DNA of 64,000 nucleotides from Balanoglossus misakiensis (lineage: Eukaryota; Animalia; Hemichordata), in assembly GCA_040954595.2 (NCBI GenBank), contig CM082583.2, forward strand, positions 11,880,636 to 11,944,635, given 5' to 3'. The notes beneath the pieces were generated by a model. It saw only the letters and a program-made list of their open reading frames with translations, had not been told where the DNA came from and searched no databases. Below, in pieces: positions 1-13,386 of the stretch. The translations under genes were made by a program, and so were the position numbers. Each line of letters starts with the position of its first letter. Within the stretch, counting starts at the first letter, position 1.

Positions 1-248
1 GATTGACTACCACATCCAACTTTTCTGATGTACAAGCCAATCAGAGCCTCTACAACTTTAGGTTTATACACCCTGTTAGTGTCTCCATGTCCAAGTTTAC
101 CTGAAATGATAAAAGCATTCAATTAGTGAGCTCCTCATTGCAATTAATGGAACAACAGATTATCACCAGCATGTACCATTTAATATATTAGAAAGTACAT
201 GAATACAACAAATGATTTTTGAGTGAAACATGGATCAAAGATACATAC

Positions 249-3200
249 CATTATCACCACCACCAAATGACCAGACAGTTCTTCCATCTTGCGAGACTGC
301 AACAGTGTGAGAACTTCCACATGAAACCTGGCCGACATTACTGATGTCTTTCACTAAAGTGGGTAGACTTTTACTGTTGCTGTCCCCATGTCCTACAATT
401 GAAGCAAAAACAGAAGTGATATCAACTTTCCATTAAATTATATGTGATTCCCATTGGAACAAATACTTGCAAAGGACATGTGAAATACTGATGTGATCGG
501 ACTTACCTAGTCGTCCATAATCACCCTCACCCCATGTGTACAACTCTCCATCTTCAGTAACACAGGCACTGTGCCGATATCCTGCTGAGATGCATCTGAC
601 AAGTTTACCAGTTAGTGGACCCTGTATGAGCTTGGGATATTTCTGTGTGGAGCTGTTACCATGGCCTAGTTTGCCATAGTCTCCATCTCCCCAACTGAAG
701 ACCTGACCCTCGGCTGACAGAGCCAAGGTGTGTCCATCTGAACCCTAAGATAGGAAACACAGTGAGACGTGAATGTCCTGCTATATATAAACTGCCTGTC
801 CACGAGAGACCTAACTATATGAAATGGGAGTATTCACATTGGGTTTATTTTAGTGCAAAGGCAGTTATACTTTCAACAAGAGATGAAGAACAAATGTTAC
901 CTTAGAAGAGGATATTTTCCTCATAACATGAGTTTCAAAGTTGAGTTTCTTCAGTTGAGGTTGATTGTTGGAGTCACCAAGTCCAAGTCGACCATAGCTT
1001 CCTTTTCCACAGGCTCTAACAGATCCATCCACCGATATGACAAATGTACAGTACTGGCCTGCCTCAATCTGTGTGTTTGTATCAGTGCAAAGGTGTTTGG
1101 TGTCATGTGTTGGGGAGTGTGGGTGCATATGAGTGTGTGTGTGTGTAGGGGTATGTGTTTGGATGTAAATGAATGTATAAGATGTTAGGAGCATGTGTGT
1201 AAATGCGTGGAGTGTGTGTATGCATGTTGATGGAAGGAGACAAATGCAGGAATTGTAATTAATACTGAGACAAAAGTATATGAATGCTTTCATTAAAGTC
1301 TTCACAGTTGTCATGACATTTCTGAGTGATACAAAAAGAATGCCATTGGCCACATCATCATCCAAATACTTCTTCAAAAGATACTCACCACAATACTGTT
1401 ACCAAAGGAAGATGCCAGTTTGGGTTGGAGAATTTTCTCCTGGCTCCCTTCTGCCAGTTGATGGCTACTGTTACTTCCCCACACATACACTTCACTGTTC
1501 TCCGAAACCACATTGCTGTTTTCTTTGGTGGAATTCTTATTTTCATCTGGTGAGATGCAGGTTCTAGCATATTCTGACGCAAGCTTGCAGACCTAGGAAA
1601 AATCACCAGAGAAGAGACAGATGATGCTTTCTTTGTGTTGTGTAAATTAGAGATAACAAGGTTTGATAATCAGGAAAATGAAATATATTTTAAATTCTGA
1701 GCAGTCCCCTTTTTAATTATCCATTTGGTAGCAATATCTCACAATGAATACTCACCTCTTCAACTAGACACATAGCAGCTTGGTAGAGTGGAGATAGGCC
1801 TTCACATGAGGTGAGTTCTGTCAGCGAAGATGTCCTGTCATTGCCTGAACCCTATAATAAGATATAAACACATGATATACGAGAAAGTTAGTGGAGTTCA
1901 TATGAGGTTATGATGTGAATCACATGACTGTGACAACGAGATAGATAAGAGGTCCCAGAGGTCAGCAAGGACAATGCCCAAATATCACATATTGTAAACC
2001 ATGACATTTATGAACCCCCTTTGGACGGATAGGCACTTCAAGAGCAGCCACAATAACTCTATGGTTACCAAACAATTTTCTACAATAAAAAAGACTGAAA
2101 GACAGAGTACTATAATGACACATTCTACAGTGTAGGTCAAAAACTGACACATACGTGCACTATAATACAATTTTTCAGCTTTGTAAATTTACCTGATTAT
2201 GAAAAAATTCCAGTTTGTAAAATCTTTGTGTGACATGCCTACAATATGAACCTTGCCATGTTTCACAAACCAAGAAATGAAACCCATATATTCTAGTCTA
2301 GGTCATATGAAATAAGAACGGCATACATGCACTGTACAAATTGTTGACCTTTCAGTTATTAATCCTGACAAACACAGACTGTGGCACAGATGGGAGAACA
2401 TAAATTATCATTGCACAAGTGATTTCAATGGAGGCATGAACTTTGAAAAATATGAAGCTATTTGACCTGAAAAAAAATCTGTGTCATACAACCCTCGAGA
2501 ATTGACATGATACTTCTGTAATACTAATAAGGAAACAAGAACTGACTTTCATAACATTCTACTGTGTTTAACCATGTAAATGAAATGTGAAAGTTCAATT
2601 GCCTGAATCACATAAATATAATCATTTTATGTGTAACAAATAAATCACAAAGCTGTCTGACATGCACATATTTATAAAATGAGTTGAATAATCAACTGTA
2701 CAATGGAGTAAAATACCTAGCTATAAATAGTACTGAAGTCTTGTATATGCCAATTTGAACAAAGTGTTCATTCAATACAATGTGTGATATAACACATATT
2801 TCTGTGTTAAATTTGAATTGATGTTAACACAGGTATATAGCTCAAGTAGAAGACCGCCTTATTCTCACCCCTAACATAAAATTATTAAATTGTATATGCC
2901 CAAATAATGGAATGTGATACTTACAGCCGCTTTCTTCATTTGTTGTAATGCAATGTTGAAGAAGTCAGTGGTGATCAGCCCCGGTTTGTCGTGAGTACTT
3001 TCTGTGACGGGAGCACTACATGCAGCGGCAGATGCCCCCAGGGCCATTTCAATCCAGTCTAGCAGATATTGCAGTGACCCCCTCTGCACAGCTATGCCCA
3101 GCACTAGTTCAGAAGCCAGGCGTTTGCCCACAATATCCGCGCCCGAATTCGGCATCGTTGCACTCTTCAGGAAACCGGTTACTTGCTTGAGACACTCCAG

Positions 3201-3851
3201 GCCCATTGGCGGAATTTTACTTTCATTCGCTAGAGACAACGGCGGCAAGGAGTTCAGAACGTCAGATGCTGTGTGCAGCACATCGTTGCAAAGACTGATT
3301 CCTCCTGCCGGATTGGGGGAAATCCAGCTCTGTCTCAACAGTGAGAATAGCAAGCTCAGGCCAGTCCGCACCCCCATTTCAATCAATGCCTCTGTCCCCG
3401 AGCGAGACTTCAAAGAACTTGCTTTGTCATCGACCACACTGGAGAGACCTTCCTGGGCTTGCTGCTGTTGCCTCACTTTCTCCTTGTCGTGGAACTTGCT
3501 CGAAATGGCATAGAATATTCTCTGCAAAACCACAAGTCGTTTTCTGAGGGTTGAAGCAAACGGCGACTCAGAACAAACCGACCTGGCCAGCATCAACTGA
3601 CTGTTCAGCAAGGAATCCAAGTAATGCTCCTGCTCATCTTGAGACAAAGTCTCTCTCTCAAAATCCGGCAGCTGAGGTCCCTTCAGGTGGAGAGCTTGTC
3701 TGGGTAGAGCAACAACTTCTTTATTAGAAAGCAGTCTGTCATAGAGCCCAATGACTCCTTCACGACTGGCGATAATCTCAGCATCCTCGGATATCCAGGA
3801 AGCATTAAGATGCTCCAGCCACTTCAGCTTTACAGGAGGGTTGGCAGCCAT
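249..3851 (-). CDS. HERC1: HERC1 giant E3 ubiquitin ligase, N-terminus and first RCC1-like domain (continues beyond window start)
   Basis: N-terminus MAANPPVKLKWLEHLNASWISED...LKGPQLPDFERE resembles vertebrate HERC1; RCC1 repeats (VYVWGSNSSHQL, ACGKGSYGRLGLG, FSWGDGDYGKLGHG). Exons by GT/AG: 3851-2925, 1851-1756, 1592-1389, 1068-901, 744-507, 392-249. Probable non-coding first exon ending at a donor near 5611. Confidence 0.95.
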
Positions 3852-4657
3852 GATTCAGATGATTTTAAATGTACCTAGAAGATATAGTAATCAGTATTAT
3901 CAGCTGGTAAAATCATTGCAGTAGGATGTCTGAATCAATGCTATTTGACATCTGATGAACAACAATAACATACAATCAATAACATTCTGAGTCTCAGGTG
4001 CAGTCATGTACTTTTAAAAAAACATACTTTTATATTACATGTGCTTGATCCAGATAGATCCAGATAGAGAAACATAACACACGCAATTGGATCTACACTT
4101 GACTCATTGAGTGACAGCAGCTGTATCTTGACTGAGCATTGTCTGTTAAGATCAACATTCACTGTATGCACTTTGATATCAGATTCACCAAGGCCAGGTG
4201 AATGTCAAAAGGATACAATTACAGGTACATTAAAATAAAAACTTCATGTGTACATCTATGACACAATCGCACAGCTTTTGGGATTGTACCTTTTGGAGTG
4301 AACCCTTGTCTCATCAAAATCAGAGGGAAGAAACAGGATGAGAGAGGAAAATAAGGATTGGGAAAATCTAAAATCCACAATCATACCAGCAACATATGCT
4401 GACATTTATTTGTCCTTGACTTTCAAGGGAATACAAGGGTACAGAAGTAACTCAACAAAATTGTGGGTATGTACACATGAGTCATGAATTTTGAAAACAT
4501 TTAGGCCTTGACAATTGACTGCCAAAGGTCAGTTATAGACACTACTAATAACCTGTTAGATGGATGTACCGGTACAATTGCTGTAGTTAATACTTTATCA
4601 GTGATTTCTAAATATCCCCTGCCTGTATAGATAATAAAACATTGGCATGATTTGGAA

Positions 4658-4829
4658 TACTGTAAAACGGGTTATTTTTGCGAGCAATCAATTTCACGAA
4701 TAAACAAGAGCCAGAAAAATTTGAAAATAAAAAGTCACGTCATATGTTTTCGAAGATAATGATGTACTAAATGAAACTCTTTTGATATCGCGAAAATTTC
4801 CTGTCGCAAAAATAACCCGTTTTACAGTA
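4658..4829. mobile_element. MITE with 24-bp perfect terminal inverted repeats and TA target-site duplication (Tc1/mariner-like), in HERC1 intron 1
   Basis: ta-CTGTAAAACGGGTTATTTTTGCGA (4660-4683) ... TCGCAAAAATAACCCGTTTTACAG-ta (4804-4827). Related ends (ttttacagta) near 11866 and 63172. Confidence 0.85.
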
Positions 4830-5100
4830 TAATCAAAATGCCACCATTCTCTTGATTGTTTGGTCACATCTGTGTTTACTAAAAAAAATCCATGCATACA
4901 TGATGATGTTATTGTATGAACTCCATGTAAACTCAGGGTTTATAAGTTAATAATACAATTACAATGTAGTACGTTTTACCCCTTGTAGCATTGGAATAGT
5001 AGCAAATTTAGGGGCATTTAAATTTAAATTCCAAATCAAGATGAACAATTTCTATTTAATTATTTAGCCTGTAATTGTAATACAATGTAGTCAGCAGTAA

Positions 5101-5220
5101 AAGTTACTGAGGCTTTACTAATAAACCATTATCCAGAAATTAACAATCTGTGGGTTCGTCAAGTTACTGGGGCTTTACTAATAAACCATTATCCAGAAAT
5201 TAACAATCTGTGGGTTCGTC
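5101..5220. repeat. 60-bp tandem duplication (2 copies, 1 mismatch)
   Basis: aagttactg(a/g)ggctttactaataaaccattatccagaaattaacaatctgtgggttcgtc at 5101-5160 and 5161-5220. Confidence 0.95.
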
Positions 5221-5254
5221 AGTGGCGCATCAAATGGGCTAAAGAGGGCACACT
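5218..5254 (+). repeat. Short dispersed repeat; second copy inverted at ~12593-12628 in a MARCH intron
   Basis: gtcagtggcgcatcaaatgggctaaagagggcacact versus reverse complement of 12593-12628 gtcagtggtgcttcaaatgggcttagagggcacact. Confidence 0.7.
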
Positions 5255-5935
5255 TATGACCCCGTCGACGTAGAGGTCAACCTCTTGGCGAACGACTGAA
5301 AGACACCCAACCAGTCACTCCACACGATAAAAAGCTGCAGCATAGAACTGTTGCGTAAGAAATTTCATCATTTAGTTTTCTTGCATTAGTGATTTCAAAG
5401 ACGCGGCATTTTTCTAGCTACTACATCAATAATCAGTACTATGCGATCATTAGTAACCCGAGTACCATGTCTCGAGGAGCCGTGTCTGGCTGGTTGGTTG
5501 GCCGAACGTCGTCGGTTACGACCTCGACCAGCCAGTTCGTGTCCATGAAATCAGGTTTTCAAGTTACCACTGACTATCAAGATCCGTGTCTTTAATTGAC
5601 ATTGGCTTACCTATTTAAGATATTGCACTGGTGATGTAAGATCTTGGGAAAATTAGGTGACACGTAAAAATTCTAGCAATGGCATCAAAACAACAGAGTC
5701 ATATTCCTTGTCCGCCATTACTAATCCCACTAGGCTGCTCTAAATGTTCCTTCTCAACAAGGGAACGTTCATTACTTACTGTAGGCGTGGGCAATGGAAT
5801 TTTCTAGAAAGTCGCCTCATATTGGACGTTGAGATATATTACATTAGCATTTTTCAACTCTCCAGAGACATTCACTTCTAGAGTACAGTTATGGCCGTAT
5901 TCTTGTTAAAAGGAAGCCTGGAAAAAGTGAAAATC

Positions 5936-6025
5936 TGTCAGAAGGTTCGCACATATATACAAGTGACTCTTTAATATTTGTTATGGACATGTCAGAAGCT
6001 TCGCACATACAAGTGACTCTTTTAA
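5936..6025. repeat. Degenerate tandem duplication of a ~38-bp unit between the HERC1 and SUV39H promoters
   Basis: tgtcagaaggttcgcacatatatacaagtgactctttaa and tgtcagaagcttcgcacatacaagtgactcttttaa. Confidence 0.75.
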
Positions 6026-6399
6026 ACATTAATGAAAACCCAAAGTCTGCATGGGCGGGTGTTGTTTCGTGTTTAATTTTAGAAAAGAAGACTGCATGCA
6101 TTGTCTGAAAGGTATTGTGTAATTTATAATGATGTACATGTAATGAAATGTGACGACGAATCATTTCCCAGTCCAGCCAACACCCTGTTGGATATACATG
6201 GCATCTTCCTACTGATATTCGTAAAAGTTAAAATGGTATCGCCAAAACGTTAAAAGTAACAATTACCCCAATGGACTCGAAATTTATGATTTAAAAAAAT
6301 ATATATGCTTTTTATACTGCATAATACGAATTCATATGACAAAAAACCTACAGTCAGGCAAATCGTGTTTTATTTCAGCAGCTTGAGGAGTATGCCAGC

Positions 6400-6521
6400 T
6401 GATTGTTGACCCTCTGCCCCTGACGCGTTAACGCGCGCAATTCCCAATTATTGAAACTTCTCGTAATGCACGAGGCCCGGGGATCGTGGGACAACAGGAG
6501 ATAAATATAGTAAACTTAAAG
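6400..6521 (+). promoter_or_regulatory. CpG-rich promoter and non-coding first exon for SUV39H (and probably C5orf63-like); start approximate
   Basis: CpG cluster (gacgcgttaacgcgcgc, cccggggatcg) ending at donor AAAG|GTAAAT at 6521/6522; next acceptor ttttgccatag ends at 6931. Confidence 0.65.
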
Positions 6522-7017
6522 GTAAATATGATTCTTTGACCTAATACAGACCAGATTTGTCAGTCAGACAGCTCCAGCAAAGTAGCACAGCAGGGAAAAT
6601 GTAAATTTCAGGAATGCAATCAACAATGTACATTGCTTTTGAACCAAGTTTTAACGGAAATTAGTGTAGGCATGGATTGTGGTATGACAATCTTTTCAGT
6701 TTTGAAGAGTGGACCCACATTGAGAGTGAAAAGTCATGTATTATTGTATGCAGTAGAGACTGCACGCAGCATACTTTAGGGTTTATGAAACACATGAAAC
6801 ATACAACTGTTGTACAAAGATACAATGGGAAAGAAAATCATATGATCAAATTGATCATAAACATACATCTCTTTAAAATTATAGAGAAATTGCTCTTATT
6901 AATATGCATCATTCTATTTGTTTTGCCATAGCTTTGCAAGTCATGCAGTTTTGATCCCAGGGCAGCGTGGGTCCACTTTCAAAACTGAACTGAAGTGTCT
7001 ACCACTGAACCCTGGAA

Positions 7018-8574
7018 ATGGCTGAGACCAGAGTGAACAACATAGAAGATGATGCAACCCAGGTGACCATGGCAACCACTGGCAAGAAAAGAGGAGGGAT
7101 GGCAGACGACAAAGTTCATGGGGCAACTGTAGGCGAATATGAGGTGGAGAACATTTATGACTATTCCAAAGAAGAGGATGGGACAGAGTGGTACTTTGTG
7201 CAGTGGAAGGGATACACTTTCGAAGAATCCACTTGGGAACCGAAGTCTTATCTGAGAAAGTGCAAGTTGAAGCTTAAGAGATTTCACAGAGAACAGTATC
7301 TTGAGCACAAAAAGTTGAAGAAGTTGCAGAAAAAACAGAAAGTGAAAGACAGTGATGTGAAGGAAGCAAAAGAAAGTAAAAAGAAAAGCAGTGGTAATGA
7401 GTATGAAGTTGAATTCATTGTCGACTTTAAGAGAAATGAAAACGGAAAGAAACTCTATCTTGTCAAGTGGAAAGGCTTCTCTGAGGATGAGAATACGTGG
7501 GAACCGAAACGCAATCTGGCCAACTGCATTCCAAAGCTTGAGCAGTTCCACAAGAAGAGGACGAGAGACGAGTTGCTGAGAAAGAAACTAGAGAAGAAAA
7601 GGCAGGTGGAGGAGGCTAAAAGGAAGGTTGAGGAAGCTAAAATGAATGAGCAACTGCAGCTGGAGATCGAGAATGATAAAGTGGATTTTGGTGATCAGAG
7701 ACCAGAACTGATTAAACAGTTGAAAGCCTGGCGAGACGAGATCAATGCAAAGTCTACAGACCCTGCTCCTGTCAAAGTACAAAATACAGTGGATTCAGAA
7801 GGTCCACCGATGAATTTTACGTACATCAATGAGTGCATTGCCAGCGCTGGTATTACCATCCCCAACGATCCTCTGATTGGCTGTGAGTGTTCCGACTGCT
7901 TTGAGTGTTCAGATGCGTGCTGTTCCAGTCTGTCTGGTGCCAAGTTCGCCTACAACTTTCACAGGCGAGTCAGGGTCAAGCCAGGGATGCCCATCTACGA
8001 GTGCAACAAGCGGTGCAAGTGTGGACCGAAATGCAAGAACCGAGTTGTACAACACGGCAGGAGGTACAAAGTCAGCATATTCAGGACAGCGAACGGCTGT
8101 GGATGGGGCGTCAAAACCCTCGAGGACATACGGAAAAATTCGTTTGTGATGGAGTACGTGGGCGAGGTCATCAGCTACGAAGAGGCAGAGAAGAGAGGTC
8201 GCGAATACGACAGCAACGGCCGAACGTACCTCTTTGATTTGGATTACGACAGCAGTCAAGACTACACGTTGGTTGTGGACGCTGCGTTCCATGGTAATGT
8301 CTCACACTTCGTCAATCATTCCTGTGACCCCAACATGGTGGTCTACAGTGTTTGGGTCAACCAGGTGGACATCAGAATGCCACGTATCGCGTTGTTCGCG
8401 TGCTGCGACATCAAGGCCGGCGAGGAACTCACATTTGATTACCAGATGACAGGAGCTTCGTCTCGAGAAGATGCCGAAGCAACCAGCCAAGAAGCTGAGA
8501 ATGGAGACTTTGCGACTCCAAACACCATTCCTTGTCGATGCGGTGCAGAAATATGTCGAAAATTTCTCTTTTAA
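7018..8574 (+). CDS. SUV39H: SUV39H/Su(var)3-9 family H3K9 methyltransferase, 518 aa, single coding exon, two chromodomains
   Basis: Chromo 1 YEVENIYDY...[17 protein letters not shown]; chromo 2 YEVEFIVDF...[17 protein letters not shown]; Cys-rich pre-SET; SET (GWGV, EYVGEVI, YLFDLD, NHSCDPN, ELTFDY); post-[22 protein letters not shown] at 9035 and 9310. Confidence 0.95.
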   Translation: MAETRVNNIEDDATQVTMATTGKKRGGMADDKVHGATVGEYEVENIYDYSKEEDGTEWYFVQWKGYTFEESTWEPKSYLRKCKLKLKRFHREQYLEHKKLKKLQKKQKVKDSDVKEAKESKKKSSGNEYEVEFIVDFKRNENGKKLYLVKWKGFSEDENTWEPKRNLANCIPKLEQFHKKRTRDELLRKKLEKKRQVEEAKRKVEEAKMNEQLQLEIENDKVDFGDQRPELIKQLKAWRDEINAKSTDPAPVKVQNTVDSEGPPMNFTYINECIASAGITIPNDPLIGCECSDCFECSDACCSSLSGAKFAYNFHRRVRVKPGMPIYECNKRCKCGPKCKNRVVQHGRRYKVSIFRTANGCGWGVKTLEDIRKNSFVMEYVGEVISYEEAEKRGREYDSNGRTYLFDLDYDSSQDYTLVVDAAFHGNVSHFVNHSCDPNMVVYSVWVNQVDIRMPRIALFACCDIKAGEELTFDYQMTGASSREDAEATSQEAENGDFATPNTIPCRCGAEICRKFLF

Positions 8575-9534
8575 GATTGTTACCCCAGTGTGATCCATAT
8601 TCCTGTCACACTGTAAATGGATCTCTTGTCGGTTGCATGTAGCATGCAGCCTCATGGCTTGCGTTATATGAACGCAGGTTGGAGTTCTTGCACAGAACAG
8701 AACTATCATTTGGGCTGCATCTGTCTGTATGTCCAGACGTCTGTCCACTGGGCAAGAGGTTTAATATTTTGCTGCAGGAATACACTCTCATTTGCACTTG
8801 CTTTCTCTTCAATTGACTTCAGTGAAGTTATTAAAGCAATGCTACGGGAATGCCGAAACTAATTTCAGCAGTTGACACAAACATTCAGTGACTGCTTGAT
8901 TTTATTATGCGTCTTGTTCAATGTTGCATTCAAAAATAATTCTGAGACGATAAACTCACAGTTTAGACATCCAACCAAATCAAAATATTAATTGGAAAAA
9001 AATATTGTAGAACTTAAGGTTACCTTCATACTCCAATAAAAATTTTCAGGGATTTTTAGCATTTGTGTAACTGTAATGTATATTAACAGAAAATGTATAG
9101 CAACTATTTTTTAGAATGCTATTGACAATTTGAATTTTAATGACATCAGAAGCTGATATTTAGTGTGTTGTTTTTGATGTATTTTGCGTTTAGAGGAAGA
9201 AAAGTCCCTCTTTGACATTTGAAATTTTTTTATTTGCATATCTGCTCACTAAACTACTCACTATTCATTAGCAGAAGTTGTGTTTGTATTATGTTGCTTG
9301 TATTTAGCCAATAAAGTTGTTCAACCATTTGAATATATAAAATTCTTGTGCATGGACTTATTATTTGATGTTAGAGGGAACTTGGCTGGAGAGTGGATAA
9401 GCCCGTCTGCAAAATACTCGGTCATATTATTGGTCATGTTGTCATTTCTTTGAGAAACTTAAGCTTGTTTGAGGGCAGGTACAATGTTGACACGTTCCTT
9501 TGTCAACAGGTGATCAAGGAGGACGATCTGGAAG

Positions 9535-10123
9535 ATGTTTTGGAGAAATCCACTTGGACGATTCCCAACAGTTGTTAGGCTGTACCAGTTTTACTCCACT
9601 GGATCGACAAAAACTCTGCCTGTCTTAACTTTGTATACAAAAGTGAGTAATACATTTGGACTGATAAAGAACTGAATTCTTGTACAATGTAATGACCATC
9701 CTTTAAATACTGGCAGTATAAACTCGACACCTTTCAGTATTCCTTTTTCAGTATTTTCTTTAATTAATTGTTAGAAATATATCGCTTTTTATGTTGTTCC
9801 AGGAAGTCTGTCCACTGTGTGATGATGCAAAAGAGGTCTTAAAGAAATTCCCAGGCAGGGTAAGAAATATCCAAATGTGTGTCATAATTAACGTCGTTGA
9901 ATATAATGCCAACTGTAAGAATTGAGTTATCTTCATGTTCACACTTCTCTTTTCACCGCAGTTCACATTAGAGGAGGTTGATATCACAAAGAAAGAAAAC
10001 AAGGACTGGTTCAAGCGCTACAGATACGACATTCCTGTGTTTCACTTCAAGGGGGAATTTCTCATGAAACATCGAGTCGATGAAACACTTCTCGAAAAAG
10101 TATTAAATGAACATGAGAAGTGA
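9535..10123 (+). CDS. C5orf63: Glutaredoxin-like protein, C5orf63/YDR286C family, 108 aa
   Basis: Exons 9535-9642, 9803-9859, 9962-10123 splice in frame: MFWRNPLGRF...LPVLTLYTK|EVCPLCDDAKEVLKKFPGR|FTLEEVDIT...WFKRYRYDIPVFHFKGEFLMKHRVD; CPLC motif. First coding exon is preceded by acceptor ttcctttgtcaacag (ends 9509). Confidence 0.9.
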
Positions 10124-11938
10124 ATGTGATTAAGCCCTTTTATCAAGACCAATTGTTTGGTTTTATATGTTGCTTTAGTTCCTGCTGCTATAAAAGTTGG
10201 ACAGTTCTCCAAATGCTGATGTTCACAGATATTTCTGACTTTATCATGTATAATAGTTTCTGTAGATGAATAAACAACTAGAAGCTTCCAGAACTGAGTG
10301 TTTGCATTTTTTCTTGTGGAATTCAGTTGGATAATTTCTAACAACTATAGCTTTCTATCCACAAACAATTTTATCATGATTACCCTGAGCGAAGTGCGAT
10401 GAGATTGAAACAAACAACATGCACCTAAGCAATGTTTTTCCTGGCAAAAATTATCCAAAGGGAAGGGGAATTATATTTTATACTGAGATAGTAAAACTAT
10501 TCCTTGAAATTGCAAGTTGCGCACCGACATATTCATGTTTATAGTGACAAGCGAGTGCGTTTATGTGTACAAAGTACAAGGCATTGATTTACGCGACCCC
10601 ATGTCAGTATCGAACACGTGCAATTTCCGCGCGAGGTGAAGTTTTGAGACAGTGTTACATTCTGATTGGTCGAGTGTCAGACGGGGTCGGAACGACGTAA
10701 CATGATTGGGTAATCGTGTTGCTGAATTCTTCCACGTGCGGTTGTGCGCGTTTCACAGTATTTCAATCGGTTAACGGTCAAGATGTGGCGTATCATGTGA
10801 GCGAAGAGATGATCAGCCTTTTTGTCGTCAATTGACCATATTTACGCAGGTATGTTGTCTATGTAACGATGTCATTTCTCCCGGTGTCCTCGTTTGTTTA
10901 TGTCTGAGACCCCAGCCAGCCGTCTGCACTTTTTATGGCGCAAAGTATATGTGCCAGACACATCAAGACCTCCAACATGCATATATTTTCTGTCAGATTC
11001 GAAATTGCACAAATGAGGCGGATAATACCAAAGATCATGGACCGATGCGGTTTACGTTAGTCGAGATACACAGCCTCCAGTCAAAGCTGTAATCGATTGA
11101 GCTTTCCGTACGTGTCCTTGGACGTCTGCGATTGCCAGTCATCTTTGTGCTTAAAACGTGCGGTATACAGACATTTGACAAAGACTTCCCCTGAGTGTTA
11201 CGTCATAAAGCATTTTCCCCTTTCGTTGCCACACTCAAATACCGGCCTTAAATTTCACGAGTTCGACAAACATATCGTGATAATAACTACATATCATCAA
11301 GTAGTCAATACACATTGGCATTTCAAAAACAAAACAAAAACCGATGACTGAAAGTGTTGCCAACTTCGACCTTGTGCATGCTATCACTATCAGACAGTCA
11401 ACAAACGTCTGTCAGTAGTAGAATAACAGAACATTGTAATCGTCCTTGAGCCATTTGGTTTGAATTGTGTAGTGAAGCTACAGTGGTAGTCAGAAGAAAA
11501 TGAATATAGAAGTACTTTCTCGTCATGAAGAGTCGCGATCACGTTCACATTTGATTTCATGCGATTTGATTTCTATTAATTTTAAAAATTCACATAGCCA
11601 ATAATATTCGAATTGTATAAAAGAGTTGCTCAGAATATGATACCACCATGTACCTGTAATATGTCATATGTGAGTTGATAATTTTGGATTAAGGAAAATT
11701 TCTTGGGCGTTCCCAATATTAAGAAATGTCATTTCATATATGTGATTATATAATTTGTGTGTGTGTGTTTGTTTGTTTTGCTTGTTTGTTTGTTTATGTG
11801 TTTGCTTGATGGTTTGCGAAGTTTGCGAAAAATTTATCGTTCGTGAAAATTTCCAGTTTTACAGTATGTCCTTTGGAATAACTTAATTCCTTTTTTCTTT
11901 GGAAACTAGCTGGTCTACTCTGAAATATTCCTGTGAAG

Positions 11939-13386
11939 ATGGAGACGACATCATCTTCCATCGCGGTGTCAACAGAGACATCATCCAGCAGTACAGCTGT
12001 GATTCCCGTTGTGACCTTCTCCTCATCAGGAGTTGTAACGACGTGTACAGAACAGCCAGCATCACTGGGTCACCATGGATGTCTCAGTATTACCAGGTGA
12101 AATTGAGTACTTAAGAAAACTTCCAAATTTAGTCCCCTGATTAAAACCAGTATTGTAAGTTGCAGAATAAAATGTCCATCAATCATTAGTGTTTCAGTGT
12201 AAATTTAGCTGTCTGTATGAGACCAAAATAACTTGTCTTAAGGATGTTATCAAAATAATGTCTTCATTACATGCCAGTAGGTCTTCTGAGCTGTTTTGAT
12301 ATATTTTAAATTCTAAAACTGTCTGTCTGTTGTTTTTTCCCCCAGTTTTAGTACCGTCCTCAGTGATGGCCCAATGTGCCGCATTTGTCATGAGGGAGAA
12401 AAGTGTGGAGAAGAGTTGATATCGCCGTGCCGCTGCACCGGAACCCTGAGCTATCTGCATCGCGGATGTATTGAACAGTGGCTGGCTACTGCCAACTCTA
12501 CGCAATGTGAGCTGTGCAATTTTGAATTTAGAACGAAGAGACGACCAAGGTCGATTGGACAGGTCAGTGATGCTTAGGACAGATCATTGGTCAGTGTGCC
12601 CTCTAAGCCCATTTGAAGCACCACTGACTCAACAAACTCACTGGTTCTAAAGAACAGATGGTGGCGCTCTTTTTTTCGCGAGTGCCACCCACTGTTTTGT
12701 GAGCATCCAGTTCAAGCCAATTCTAATGTGGTACCAGAATTGTTCACATTTGCTATGATCATCATTGTCGCTTTGTTTATTCATTGCTTCATATTCTCTC
12801 TTTTTATGGCAGTGGTTCCAACAATCAAGTCAGAACAATGATAGGAGGAATTTGATAGGCGATGTCATCTGTTTCTTCATCCTGACGCCATTGGTCAGCG
12901 CAAGTGCCTGGCTGTGTCTGAATGGGGCACAACATTATCTCCACCATAAAGGACATACCTGGGAAGCAGCTGGCCTCGTGGGTCTCACAGTTATATTGAT
13001 CATGATTTACACTGTTTGGGCTGCGGTAGGTTTTACATTCCATGATATTAGGCTGATGCACACGAGAGAAGTTTGAATGAGCAATGACAATGCATCTATG
13101 TTCATGATTAGTGATTTTGTTTACAGGGGATTGTGGTGTTGTTACAGTTCAAATCCCCACGAATTTAACTTTGATATTCATGTACCAACACATACAGTCA
13201 CTCATTATATTCGTCTTCTCAATTTAGCTTTCATGTAGATACCACATCTATGTATGGCAGGCATGGCGAAGAGACAATCAGATTGTACATCTAGTTGTCA
13301 GGGAAACGCCAAGCAACGAAACGGAAGAAAACCAGAGCCGAGACACAGCGACAGAAGTGATCAGCTCCTGGGAGACACAAGTATAG
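11939..13386 (+). CDS. MARCHF3: MARCH2/3-type RING-CH membrane E3 ligase
   Basis: Exons 11939-12096, 12346-12562, 12813-13025, 13228-13386; RING-CH CRICHEG...SPCRCTGTLSYLHRGCIEQWL...CELC; two TM helices; C-terminal PDZ-binding-type ETQV*. Non-coding first exon ends at a donor near 10849; AATAAA at 14501. Likely co-ortholog of MARCHF2/3. Confidence 0.92.

Noticed and set aside
865-1377. 170-aa ORF with a His/Thr-rich segment
   Set aside because: GT-rich intronic low-complexity sequence read into a real HERC1 exon (1068-901).
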